Notes under the pieces: generated by a model
Seen by the model: only the letters and a program-made list of their open reading frames with translations
Told to the model about the DNA's origin: nothing
The model's database searches: none
From: Pseudomonadota bacterium
GTDB taxonomy: Bacteria > Bdellovibrionota > FAC87 > UBA2466
Assembly: GCA_043767805.1 (NCBI GenBank)
Contig: JAYUGC010000014.1
Coordinates: 21,050-85,049 of the forward strand
Direction of reading: 5' to 3'
Length of the DNA stretch: 64,000 bases
Position numbers and translations under genes: made by a program
Shown: one piece after another, positions 1 through 9,073 of the stretch
How positions within the stretch are numbered: position 1 is the stretch's first letter
How the letters are laid out: each line of letters begins with the position of its first letter

Positions 1-215
1 ATCGCGATCCTGGCAGGCCGCGCAGGCAAAAGCCTGAGCGGAAACCAGAGTCGAGACCAGCGTTATGAGAGCCAAGCGAAACATCGTACTCAAAGAGAAG
101 TACAAGTCCCGGGCCAGATTCCCAGGCTCGCCGTTTCCGCCCAGATTGACGTTTCTTAGGGCGTATTCCCCCCGAATACCCTCGACCCAAGCCTGTACAC
201 CCCCTGTCCAACCCC

Positions 216-239
216 AAAAGGTGTCTGGATACTTTTAGC
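216..239. repeat. Single copy of the dyad-symmetric motif AAAAGGTGTCTGGATACTTTTAGC upstream of the DUF354 gene; same motif family as the 22449-22663 cluster
   Basis: Direct sequence match to the repeats at 22449-22474 and related copies. The ends CTAAAAG/CTTTTAG are reverse complements of each other. Confidence 0.7.
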
Positions 240-272
240 CATCGCGGCGGGACGGGGGGCGGGGAGAGGGTT

Positions 273-1286
273 ATGATTCGGGCCGTGCGGATTCTCATCG
301 ATATGGTTCACCCGGCGCATGTGCACTTTTTCAGGCCACTGCTGGCGCGTTTGAAGGAGCGGGGGCACGAGCTTTTCGTGACCTCGCGGGACAAGGACTG
401 CACCCTAGATCTTCTCGACGCGTTTCGCATTTCGCATTTGCCGCTCACCAGGGCGGCGAAATCGAAATGGGGACTTGCGCGTGAGATGGTCTTGCGGGAC
501 GCGCGGCTCATCGGCGCAATGAAACGTTTTAAGCCGGATCTCGTGCTGGGCAAAGAAGCGGCGTGTGCGCATCAAGCGGCCTGGCTGCTCGGCGTTCCGT
601 CCCTTGCGGTCGATGACACCGACGATGCGAGCTGGCAGCGAAGGTTGTCGCTTCCTTTCGCCACTCGCGTTGCCGCCGATCCTGCGGCTCGTGTCTCTCG
701 CTCGCACCTGCCCGTCCCCGGCGTGAGCGCGCTCACCTATCTGCATCCGCGGCGCTTCAGCCCTCCGACCGAAGTGAGCGATTCGATTTTGGTGCGGCTG
801 GTGCGGTGGGAATCGAGTCACGATTTGGGAGAGGGTGGCTTCGCAGAAAAAAGCCTGACCACGCTCGTGAAGGGGCTCTCCCGTTTTGGAATGGTAAAAA
901 TTTCTTCTGAAAGACGGCTTCCCGAAAAGCTTCGTCCTTATCTAATCGAGATCGCGCCGGAGCAATTGCATCAATGGATGGCGAGCTGCCGGCTCTACGT
1001 GGGAGAGAGCGCCACCATGGCCGCCGAATGCGCGGTATTGGGCGTGCCAGCGATTTACTGCAGCACGCGTGAGCTTTGGTACACGCGGCTTCTCGAACAG
1101 CGCGGACTTTTGAGCCACGTGCGCAGCACGAAGCTCGCTCTGAAGGCGGCGGCTATTTGGGCCGGCATGCCTCGCGCGGAGCTACGTTCGCGCCGGGACG
1201 CCTATCTGGCCGAAGTCGGAGATCCGGTCGAGCGCTGGGTCCAGATCATAGAGTCAAACCGCCGCTCCAAAGCTGGATCACATTGA
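273..1286 (+). CDS. DUF354 family protein (glycosyltransferase-like fold)
   Basis: N-terminus MVHPAHVHFFRPLLARLKERGHELFVTSRDKDCTLDLLDAF matches the HPAHVHFF signature of DUF354 as I recall it. 337-aa ORF; stop codon included in coordinates. Confidence 0.7.
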   Translation: MIRAVRILIDMVHPAHVHFFRPLLARLKERGHELFVTSRDKDCTLDLLDAFRISHLPLTRAAKSKWGLAREMVLRDARLIGAMKRFKPDLVLGKEAACAHQAAWLLGVPSLAVDDTDDASWQRRLSLPFATRVAADPAARVSRSHLPVPGVSALTYLHPRRFSPPTEVSDSILVRLVRWESSHDLGEGGFAEKSLTTLVKGLSRFGMVKISSERRLPEKLRPYLIEIAPEQLHQWMASCRLYVGESATMAAECAVLGVPAIYCSTRELWYTRLLEQRGLLSHVRSTKLALKAAAIWAGMPRAELRSRRDAYLAEVGDPVERWVQIIESNRRSKAGSH

Positions 1287-1333
1287 TCCAAATCCCATTG
1301 ATCCGGCACGCTCCCGCGTGGCATTTTAGTTAA

Positions 1334-2137
1334 ATGCTCCTCGAACTAAATGACTACCGCGTCTTCCTATCGGAAGAGCTGGCCCGCCGCACCAAGGCGC
1401 ACCCGCGGTACTCCCAGCGCGCCTTCGCCCGGGACTTGAGAATCAGCGCGGGGGAACTATCCGAAGTGCTTCAGAAAAAGCGTCGGCTCAGTGTGCGCTC
1501 GGCGTTGAAGGTCGCCCGCTACCTGTCTCTAAATACCACTGAAACGAAGCACCTTTTGTTCCTGGTTCAGCTGGACGGCGCCGCCGATTCCCGGGAAGCC
1601 CTCGAGCGCGGTCCCTGGCAATCCATGGCGCCGGACGCAAGCGCCGGGCTCGATCGGTTTCGCCTGGTCTCCGACTGGACCTGCTTTGCGATTTTGAACC
1701 TTTCCGAATGCGACAATTTTCGTCCTCTGGAAAGCTGGATGGCCAAGCGCCTCGGCATTTCCGCGTCCCAAACGAGAGTGGCCCTAGGCCGTCTCGAAAA
1801 AGTGGGCCTCGCGAAACGCGCCCAAGGACGCTGGCATTTTCCGAAAGGCGACATCGCCGCGCCTGAAGGCGTGCCTTCGGAATCCATCCGCGCTTATCAC
1901 GGACAAATCTTGGAGAGAGCGGCCCGTGCCTTGGAGCTGCAGCCTGTACACGAGAGAGAATTCGCGGGCGTCGGTTTCGCGGTGGATCCCAAACAGCTTC
2001 CCGCCATGAAGCGTGACGTAAGTCATTTTCTCGATGAGATGATCGCGAAATATGCGAAGGGCAAGAACCGCACGGAAGTATATCAATTGGAAATGGCTTT
2101 GTTTCGGCTGACCGAAGGAGACTCGAATGCGAACTAA
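1334..2137 (+). CDS. TIGR02147-family HTH-containing protein
   Basis: 267 aa. N-terminal pattern 'YR.FL.EEL.RR...P.YS.RAFARDL.IS...LS.VL..KR.LS' is typical of the TIGR02147 paralogous family found in Fibrobacter and Bdellovibrio-like genomes. Assignment from memory. Confidence 0.6.
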   Translation: MLLELNDYRVFLSEELARRTKAHPRYSQRAFARDLRISAGELSEVLQKKRRLSVRSALKVARYLSLNTTETKHLLFLVQLDGAADSREALERGPWQSMAPDASAGLDRFRLVSDWTCFAILNLSECDNFRPLESWMAKRLGISASQTRVALGRLEKVGLAKRAQGRWHFPKGDIAAPEGVPSESIRAYHGQILERAARALELQPVHEREFAGVGFAVDPKQLPAMKRDVSHFLDEMIAKYAKGKNRTEVYQLEMALFRLTEGDSNAN

Positions 2138-2141
2138 GGGA

Positions 2142-3461
2142 ATGTGGTTGTTAGCGTTGCTGATGTCCTGGAGTACGCTCGGGGCGACGAAGGTAGGTAA
2201 CGGCGATGACGGCGCGGATCTCGAAGCCGGCACGCCGGTCACCGAAGGGCCGATTCTCGAGGCGCGGGACGCGGCCGTGAAAAAGCTCGAGTCCTTGAAC
2301 GTACGCGGCATTCCAGGCCTCGGGCAACTCGCGCCCGAGGCGGCAAGCGCGAAGCTCGTCATGGCGAAAGAAGACGTTGAAGCGCGCGTGCAGGAAGACC
2401 AGGGTGCCTTTCACGTGAACTTTCAGGGCAAAGTCTACGCCCGCACTTTTGCGGAGACTCACGCGGCGACTCGCTTTTTCCCCGCCGCCTTGAAGCTCGA
2501 TAAAGAGCAGCTCACGGCGCTCCATATTCACGAAGCACTCCACCGCGCGTTGCCCGAGAGCGTGCGCGAAAACGAGAGCACCGTCGCGGCCATTACGCTT
2601 TCGATGACATCCCCCGAGGCAAATCACGACCGCGTTCGCCACACGGTTGCTTCCCTCGTGCCCGAAACGGTCATCGCCAAAGACGCGAAGCCCGTGGAAA
2701 TCGATCATTTCAAGACGCCCTCGCAAGTCGGCTATCGTTACACTTTGTTTCAGTCGGGAAACACGCCGTCGCAGTATCCGATTCAGTCGATGCACTCGGT
2801 GGTGAGCGAGCTTTATCCTTTTGGTGGCTTGAACGCGCCCTTCGGTATGGGCATCGAAGGCTCTCTGGTGAAAGACGCTAAGGGCAGTCACATGGGCCCG
2901 CTCGGGCTATCGGCGCGACTTAGAGCATGGACCGTGCGGGACTTCGCCGTGGGGTTCTGGGCCGAGGCGAGCCTTAATACGCTTTCCGCCGACGAGCTCA
3001 AAAATTCTCCTTTCGGACGCGATGTTTTCTCGGTGGGAATCTCGTTCAAAAAAGAGCTGACCCGCTTTTACGTCGAGAATCGGGTTGGTATCAGTTTCGC
3101 GGGCGCCGCCGCGCAAAACGTGGGGCTCGTGGCCTATAAGTATGACTACGGTCACGTATGGGATGTGAACCTACGCGCGGGAACGACCCTATGGAAAATC
3201 GACCTTGGAGCCTACGTCGATCTTAAATTGGCCGACCACTTGCGAGTGTCGGGTGGCGCCTTCAATTACGATAGCGGCCGGTACCGGATCCTTTCGGGAG
3301 GTCCGGAGATCGCTTTTCGCACCGAGGACGTGGTTTTCTCCGTCTTCGGCCGGTTTCTTCTCGATTCCACCAAGGGGGCGAGCTTCGATTACTTAGGCAA
3401 CCTCCTCGGCGCCGGCGTGGCTCAGGGTGGCGTAGGCGCGAGCCTGGGGGTCTTCTTCTAA
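2142..3461 (+). CDS. Secreted protein, probable outer-membrane beta-barrel (hypothetical)
   Basis: Signal-like N-terminus MWLLALLMSWSTLGA with RBS AAGGG 6 nt upstream. C-terminus ends ...GASLGVFF, the aromatic terminal residue typical of OM beta-barrels. Start at the internal ATG avoids overlap with the upstream gene. Confidence 0.5.
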   Translation: MWLLALLMSWSTLGATKVGNGDDGADLEAGTPVTEGPILEARDAAVKKLESLNVRGIPGLGQLAPEAASAKLVMAKEDVEARVQEDQGAFHVNFQGKVYARTFAETHAATRFFPAALKLDKEQLTALHIHEALHRALPESVRENESTVAAITLSMTSPEANHDRVRHTVASLVPETVIAKDAKPVEIDHFKTPSQVGYRYTLFQSGNTPSQYPIQSMHSVVSELYPFGGLNAPFGMGIEGSLVKDAKGSHMGPLGLSARLRAWTVRDFAVGFWAEASLNTLSADELKNSPFGRDVFSVGISFKKELTRFYVENRVGISFAGAAAQNVGLVAYKYDYGHVWDVNLRAGTTLWKIDLGAYVDLKLADHLRVSGGAFNYDSGRYRILSGGPEIAFRTEDVVFSVFGRFLLDSTKGASFDYLGNLLGAGVAQGGVGASLGVFF

Positions 3462-4108
3462 TGCGCGCTTTTCTCGCCTTGCCTCTGTTGGCACTTCTCT
3501 CCGGCTGCGGGTATCCGTACTTGGGAGGAACAACCGCTCCCTCCGTGTCCCAAACGTTTTCGCTCGACGCCGTGAAACAAATTTCTCCGGACATCGTCGG
3601 CGGAGACACGCCGTCCGCGTACGGACAAGCCGCTTATGACTTGGCGAGTGAAGCGCGGCTGCTTTTTCGCTACGAAAGTTTCAGTACGCACGTGAGCAAC
3701 GTGAATCTAGAAAATAACAAGCGGGTCCTCGTGCAGGTAACCGTGGAAAGCGACCCCTCCGAGGCGCGCACTCGCTTGAAGCTCTGTCCGCTCGTTTCGG
3801 ATTGGATGATGCTGGCGACTTGGACTCTCGCGCACCCGTTCGGACTCGGCGGGCAGTGGAAGAGCCCCGGAGCGGATTATGATGGCTCCGCCTGCGAGTC
3901 CGCTCAGCCCGTACCGGTCACTCCCGACCTGGATTACAAGCCCGAGCGGCTTTTCTTCGACATGACCCAGTGGTTTGTCGACTATGCGCGAGGACGCAAC
4001 GTGAATTACGGCTGGGTGCTCAAGGCGTCGGGCACCGTGCGTGTCGTGGGGGATACTTCGGCTAGTAACTCCCCGCGGGTCTACTTCGAAAAATACCTCA
4101 CTTATTAA
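3461..4108 (+). CDS. Lipoprotein, hypothetical
   Basis: N-terminus MRAFLALPLLALLSGCGYP contains a lipobox (LSGC). 215-aa ORF following the previous gene with TAATG overlap. Confidence 0.5.
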   Translation: MRAFLALPLLALLSGCGYPYLGGTTAPSVSQTFSLDAVKQISPDIVGGDTPSAYGQAAYDLASEARLLFRYESFSTHVSNVNLENNKRVLVQVTVESDPSEARTRLKLCPLVSDWMMLATWTLAHPFGLGGQWKSPGADYDGSACESAQPVPVTPDLDYKPERLFFDMTQWFVDYARGRNVNYGWVLKASGTVRVVGDTSASNSPRVYFEKYLTY

Positions 4109-4280
4109 GGGGTCTTAACCCGTCCGGGAAAGATCTGTTCCATTTCGGGCAATCGGGCTAGAGTTTCTCCTTTTCGCGAGGAGAAGCCAATGAGCCCTAA
4201 AACGTTTCGCTCCTCGAAATTTAATCACTGCCGTGGTGCGGCGGGCTCAAGCGAGAGCCCACTAGGAGCTAGTAAGCCAA

Positions 4281-5651
4281 GTGCAGTGGACGGAGTTTGA
4301 AACCGAACGCGAGCTGGGTCGAGGCGCCACCGCGCGGGTTTGGCTCGCGCGCCGGCTATCCGATGGCACGCCGCTCTGTCTCAAAGTCTTCCATCCCGGG
4401 CTCGGCGAAGCGGCGGAGCGCCGGATTTTGCGGGAAGCGGAATTCTCGGCAAGCCTCATTCATCCGAACATCGTGCGGGTGCTTGGCGCGGTGGCGGGCG
4501 GAGACACGGCGGTGCTCGCCTTGGAGCTTCTGGATGGAGGCAATCTAGAAGCCCACCAGGCGACTCTGCCCTACGTGCTTCCCGAAGTTTCCGTCGCCAT
4601 TGTTGCCGAAGTGTTGAAAGCGCTCGAGTTCGCGCATTCTCTCGGCGTCATTCATCGCGACCTCAAGCCCGGCAACGTGCTCTTGGATAAACTCGGGCGG
4701 GTCGCGGTAGCGGACTTTGGCCTTGCCCATGTGGTGGGTAACGAGATGACGGCGTCCATGGGACTTTTGGGATCAGTCGATTATCTTTCTCCCGAGCAGG
4801 TTTCCGGAGAAGCGGCTAGAGCCTCTTCCGATCTTTTTTCCGTCGCGGCCCTTCTCTATTTTCTCGTGACGGGAACCCGGCCGTTCACGCGTTTGAGCGC
4901 GGCGGCCACCATGGCGGCCATCCGTACCGAAGCCCCTGAACCGCCTCAAAAAAGAAATCCAAAGATCAGCCCCGAGCTTTCCCGGATTCTCTTGAAGGGT
5001 CTCGACAAAGATCCCGAGCGGCGTTTTAAAGATGCGGTCGAATTTAGGGGGGCGTTGCAGGGCTATCTCGGCGATTTGCGTTTGCTACCGTTCCCGCTGG
5101 CCGAGTGGCAGAAAGATCCGGCGGGCCGTACGATGGCGAGTCTCGAAGCCGCCGCGGAAGCGCTCATCCAGCGGGCCGAAGTCCAGCTGGTGCGCGCGGA
5201 GTGGGGCCCGTTTTTGGAGACCTTGAGCCATCTTTCGCTGAAGGCGCCCAGTACGCCGGCGCTCGCTCGGCTCACCGAGAGTTACCGCAAGGCGAAGCGG
5301 AGCCGCCGAAGGGCCGCGATCTTTTTCTGGACGGGATCGGTCGCGGGGCTGGCACTTCTCGTGTGGGGACTTTGGCCAGAGCGCAAGCTGCTCAAGCCCG
5401 TCCCTCCCGCGGCGGTGGCGGCGCCTGACGCGCTTCCCAAGGTCGCAAAGCCAAAGGTCGGACGCGTTCAGTTCAAAGTTCCGGATTCAGTGACGGTTTT
5501 CTGGGACGGTCACAAGATAGATCCGAAGCTAGGCCTTCTGGAAGAAAAACTAGGGGAGCACTGGCTTCTCATGGAAAGAGAAGGCTTTGCCCCCATTCGG
5601 AGCAAAGTACGGGTGAGGGCGGAAAAACCGACCGTCATCCAAGTCGATTGA
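4281..5651 (+). CDS. Serine/threonine protein kinase (Hanks-type) with C-terminal TM segment
   Basis: GTG start with AGGAG 13 nt upstream. Kinase motifs GRGATARVW (Gly-rich loop), HRDLKPGNVLL (catalytic loop), DFGLA, SPEQ. Hydrophobic stretch AAIFFWTGSVAGLALLVWGLW near the C-terminus. Confidence 0.85.
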   Translation: MQWTEFETERELGRGATARVWLARRLSDGTPLCLKVFHPGLGEAAERRILREAEFSASLIHPNIVRVLGAVAGGDTAVLALELLDGGNLEAHQATLPYVLPEVSVAIVAEVLKALEFAHSLGVIHRDLKPGNVLLDKLGRVAVADFGLAHVVGNEMTASMGLLGSVDYLSPEQVSGEAARASSDLFSVAALLYFLVTGTRPFTRLSAAATMAAIRTEAPEPPQKRNPKISPELSRILLKGLDKDPERRFKDAVEFRGALQGYLGDLRLLPFPLAEWQKDPAGRTMASLEAAAEALIQRAEVQLVRAEWGPFLETLSHLSLKAPSTPALARLTESYRKAKRSRRRAAIFFWTGSVAGLALLVWGLWPERKLLKPVPPAAVAAPDALPKVAKPKVGRVQFKVPDSVTVFWDGHKIDPKLGLLEEKLGEHWLLMEREGFAPIRSKVRVRAEKPTVIQVD

Positions 5652-5661
5652 AGGAAAGTGT

Positions 5662-7374
5662 ATGTGGCTTCATGTAAGCGGCGGCTCCGATGAGCGTTTA
5701 GATAAACCCGTGACGACCGTTGGGCTCGGGGTCGGTTGCGATCTCGATTTAGGCGCCGGGGAGCCCGCGGCGTGGTTCTCGCTTCGGCGGTCGGGCGAAA
5801 CTTTCGAAGTCCTTACCGGAGAGGAAGCGGTTCGGGTGAATGGAAAGCGCGTGTTCGGAAGCCGCCTCCTCGACGACGGCGATCGGCTCGAGTCGGGCAG
5901 CCGAAGTTTTATATTCTTGAAGCAGCTCGCGCGCGCGGTAAACGGCCGAGAGGTGCTGGCGAGTAAATGTTTGGAGCTACTTTCGTCTCTCGCCGCAAGT
6001 CTCGAGCGCGGTGCCGAGGTCGTTCTCGAAGATACGCTCGCGGCGCTCGTCGAGCTCGCCGGCGCTGAGTCGGGTCATTTAGTCGTCGAGAACGAGCGCA
6101 GCGGGGGCTGGGCCATTGCGGCCAGCGTCGGCGGGGAGGGAGCTGCCGGAAAAAAGGAGCTGCTTTCCAATACGGTTCTCAGAGAAGCGATCGCCTGCCG
6201 CAAGGCCGTGCACGTGGAGAGTCTCGTCGGCCATCCTTGGGCCGCCAATGCCTCGCTTCTCGGCGCGCGCATCTTTTCGCTCGCCTGCTTGCCGCTCTTC
6301 GTGTCGGGCCGGTGTTTCGGTTGCGTCTATCTCTACACGCGAACCCCGGGCCGCTCCATTCAGCGCGAGTGCCTGGACGATCTCGCGGTGCTTGCGACTC
6401 AAGCGGCTTTGTTGCTCGCGTCCGAGAGCCGCGCGGGACGTGCAAAAAGTAAAAGCCCCGCGGAACCTCGTTTGTCCTATTCGGAAGGCCCGATGCGGAT
6501 GCTCGAAGAGCGGCTTGCCAAGCTTGCCCCTTCCGAGCTCACTCTTCTCGTTCTGGGTGAGACCGGGACGGGCAAGGAGCTCGTGGCCTGCGCCATTCAT
6601 GGCAGAAGCCGCCGAGCGGCAGGACCTTTCGTGGCCGTCAACTGCGGCGCTTTGCCGCCGACCCTCATTGAATCGGTCCTGTTCGGTTACCAGAAAGGCG
6701 CTTTCACAGGTGCCGACCGCGACACGAAGGGCAAGTTCGCGGCAGCTGACGGAGGAACGCTTTTTCTAGACGAGATCGGGGACTTGCCGCTCGAGCTTCA
6801 GGTGAAGCTTTTGCGCGTGCTTCAAGAGCGGCAGATCGAGCCGCTCGGTGCGACGCGATCGGTTGCGGTGGACATACGCGTCGTCTCGGCGACTCATCGC
6901 GATTTGCAAGTGCTGGTGCGGGAAGGAAAGTTTCGCGAGGATCTCTTTTATCGATTGGGCGGAGCGACTCTCGAGCTTCCACCGCTACGGGAACGTCCGG
7001 GGGATATTTTGCCTCTCGCCCAAGCCTTTCTCGAGCGCACTCACTCGGGCCTCGCTTTGTCGGAAGCCGCTTGTGAAAGGCTTCTCGCTCACCGCTGGCC
7101 CGGAAACGTGCGCGAGCTAGAGCAAGTCGTTGCCCGGGCCGCGGCTCTTGCGTCCGGCACTCTCATTGCGGCTGACGACCTGGAGCTTCGCGATACCGAC
7201 GCTTCGGCTTCAGGGGAATTGCGAGAGGCAAGAGGCATCCACAGTTTTGAAATGGTGCAACGAGCGCTCGCTCGTCTCGGGGGGAGCCGCGCCAGAGCGG
7301 CCTCCGCCCTCGGCATCTCGGAACGAACGCTTTATCGCATCCTTGCTTCTGACGGGAGTGGCAGTGGCGTCTGA
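5662..7374 (+). CDS. Sigma-54-dependent transcriptional activator with N-terminal FHA and GAF domains
   Basis: Starts 11 nt after the kinase stop, with RBS AAGGAAAG. FHA-like N-terminus (TTVGLG..CDLDL..RRSGETFEV...NGKRV). AAA+ sigma-54 interaction motifs GETGTGKELVACAIHGRS, ESVLFGYQKGAFTGA, GGTLFLDEIGDL. C-terminal HTH. Confidence 0.85.
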   Translation: MWLHVSGGSDERLDKPVTTVGLGVGCDLDLGAGEPAAWFSLRRSGETFEVLTGEEAVRVNGKRVFGSRLLDDGDRLESGSRSFIFLKQLARAVNGREVLASKCLELLSSLAASLERGAEVVLEDTLAALVELAGAESGHLVVENERSGGWAIAASVGGEGAAGKKELLSNTVLREAIACRKAVHVESLVGHPWAANASLLGARIFSLACLPLFVSGRCFGCVYLYTRTPGRSIQRECLDDLAVLATQAALLLASESRAGRAKSKSPAEPRLSYSEGPMRMLEERLAKLAPSELTLLVLGETGTGKELVACAIHGRSRRAAGPFVAVNCGALPPTLIESVLFGYQKGAFTGADRDTKGKFAAADGGTLFLDEIGDLPLELQVKLLRVLQERQIEPLGATRSVAVDIRVVSATHRDLQVLVREGKFREDLFYRLGGATLELPPLRERPGDILPLAQAFLERTHSGLALSEAACERLLAHRWPGNVRELEQVVARAAALASGTLIAADDLELRDTDASASGELREARGIHSFEMVQRALARLGGSRARAASALGISERTLYRILASDGSGSGV

Positions 7375-7463
7375 CAAATTTGTCGGTCGCGGTGCTTCCC
7401 GCAAGGCTAATGCGCCCGGCACGGCTGTTGCACAAGGGGTCGGCAATCAAACGGAGGCTTTTC

Positions 7464-8366
7464 ATGCGATTGCTTAAAGCAAAACGCCGGCTTCCCTGGC
7501 CCGCCCTTATGGTTTTGTTCCTTTTGGGTGCGTTGGGAATGTCGGTCGCCGGCTACAGTGAAACTTATAATTTCTATTTCGAGAAAAAGAAGACCGAGGG
7601 CAAAGACGAGGAAGAGGCGGCCCCCGTCGTGCCACCACCCGCTCAAGTGCCGACTCCGATCGTCATCAACAATAACAATACGAACAACGTGGGCACTCCC
7701 GCCGCGGTGACGACGAATAACAACGCCGGCGTCGCCTCGGCGCCGGTCGGCGCTCCCGCGTCGCTGCCGACCCTGGTCTCGCCAGCGCCGGCCCCGGTGG
7801 GGGAAACGTCGATCGTGACGGCGGCTTTCTCTCGCCCGCCGGAGCGATCCCCTTGGCGAATGTCTCTAACCGGGATGGCATTTTTTCAGGAGTACCCCAA
7901 GTCCTATCTGTCCAATGGCGAAAAGAAGTCCTCTACGGCATTCGATCCGACGTGGGGTGGATTGCTCTCCGTGGGTTATAACTTCAGCCGATTCTTCGCC
8001 GTCAATCTCTATGGCGGTTTAAGAGTCGCTGATGTCGACACGAAAAGAGTCCACACCCATCTTGGCGCGGATCTCGAGTTCATGCCCTTCCGAATTCCGG
8101 TGTCCGAGCGCCACGATATCTTTGAGCTTGGTTTCCTCTTGGGAGGCAGTACCGCCTTGGCGGCTAAGAATAAGAATACGCTGACGACGTTCGACTCCGC
8201 TGGGAAATCGGTTCAGATTTCCTCGGGAGAGTCTGATAACTGGGGCAGGCTCCATGTGGGCGTGCGAGTGAACATCAACATCGTGCCGGAATTCGGCATC
8301 ACGACTTCGGCTCGCGGCAATTTAGGCTCCGTCCTCATTGAGGGCGGAATCGTCGCGCGGCTCTAA
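7464..8366 (+). CDS. Secreted Asn/Thr/Pro-rich protein with predicted C-terminal beta-barrel-like domain (hypothetical)
   Basis: ATG at 7464 with RBS ACGGAGG. Signal peptide LPWPALMVLFLLGALGMSVAGYS. Low-complexity VINNNNTNNVGTPAAVTTNNNAGV and PAPAPV tracts. C-terminal region with alternating hydrophobic residues. Confidence 0.5.
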   Translation: MRLLKAKRRLPWPALMVLFLLGALGMSVAGYSETYNFYFEKKKTEGKDEEEAAPVVPPPAQVPTPIVINNNNTNNVGTPAAVTTNNNAGVASAPVGAPASLPTLVSPAPAPVGETSIVTAAFSRPPERSPWRMSLTGMAFFQEYPKSYLSNGEKKSSTAFDPTWGGLLSVGYNFSRFFAVNLYGGLRVADVDTKRVHTHLGADLEFMPFRIPVSERHDIFELGFLLGGSTALAAKNKNTLTTFDSAGKSVQISSGESDNWGRLHVGVRVNINIVPEFGITTSARGNLGSVLIEGGIVARL

Positions 8367-8382
8367 AAAGGAAAGATTATCA

Positions 8383-9015
8383 ATGAAACACATTTCATTT
8401 TTGATGGCACTTTTGGCTCTTCTGATGCTCGGCGGATGCCGGTTCGATCCCGATGGACTTCTTGGTAACGATCCGGCGGTGAAAGAAACCGAAGTACTAA
8501 GTTCCTACGACCGCGAAGAGCTCTGCAAGCAAAAGAACGTTGGCTTCGTAGTGGCGAAGGAGGTCGAGAAGTGCGTCTCTCCTTCCGACCCGGCCTTGAT
8601 TGCGCGCTTCGATTCGTATGCACCAGATACGATCCGTATCGAGCTGGAAAAAATGTCGGACGGCACCTTTCCCAAGATTAACCGCCTTCAATACAAGAAA
8701 ACGATTCCCTGGGCCTCCTCGATCCCTTCGGAAAAGCCTCGGGACTTAACCTGCAAAATCGTCGAGTCACCCAGCGCGGTCCGGAACTATGATTGCCGGC
8801 TGGAAGGTCTAACCAAAAATTCGCATGGAAATGACTTCATTTTCGATTCGATGGAGCTCGGCCATGAGACCTGCGGCTCGACCGCGCTCTACAAGGCAAA
8901 TTTCCTGTTCGATTTTTGCGAAAGTCAGGTCGATATGTCCTATACGCGCGTCGAGGTCTTCTTCAAGAGGGAGAAGCTTCCCGAGATCGATCCCTACGAA
9001 GCGCCTAAGCCCTGA
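8383..9015 (+). CDS. Lipoprotein, hypothetical
   Basis: ATG at 8383 with RBS AAAGGAAAG. MKHISFLMALLALLMLGGCRF lipobox. Confidence 0.5.
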   Translation: MKHISFLMALLALLMLGGCRFDPDGLLGNDPAVKETEVLSSYDREELCKQKNVGFVVAKEVEKCVSPSDPALIARFDSYAPDTIRIELEKMSDGTFPKINRLQYKKTIPWASSIPSEKPRDLTCKIVESPSAVRNYDCRLEGLTKNSHGNDFIFDSMELGHETCGSTALYKANFLFDFCESQVDMSYTRVEVFFKREKLPEIDPYEAPKP

Positions 9016-9024
9016 AATTAAGCA

Positions 9025-9058
9025 GGGCCGGCCCTCGCGAGAGGACCGGCCCTTTAGA
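9025..9058. terminator. Bidirectional rho-independent terminator between convergent genes
   Basis: GGGCCGGCCCTC-GCGA-GAGGACCGGCCC hairpin (12-bp stem, one mismatch) followed by TTTAG. Confidence 0.5.
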
Positions 9059-9073
9059 TTGAGCTCGTTTGGC

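Noticed and set aside
6116-6769. 217-aa plus-strand alternative-frame ORF and several minus ORFs within the sigma-54 EBP gene
   Set aside because: Out-of-frame overlaps of a gene with unambiguous AAA+ motifs. Pro/Arg/Ser-rich.
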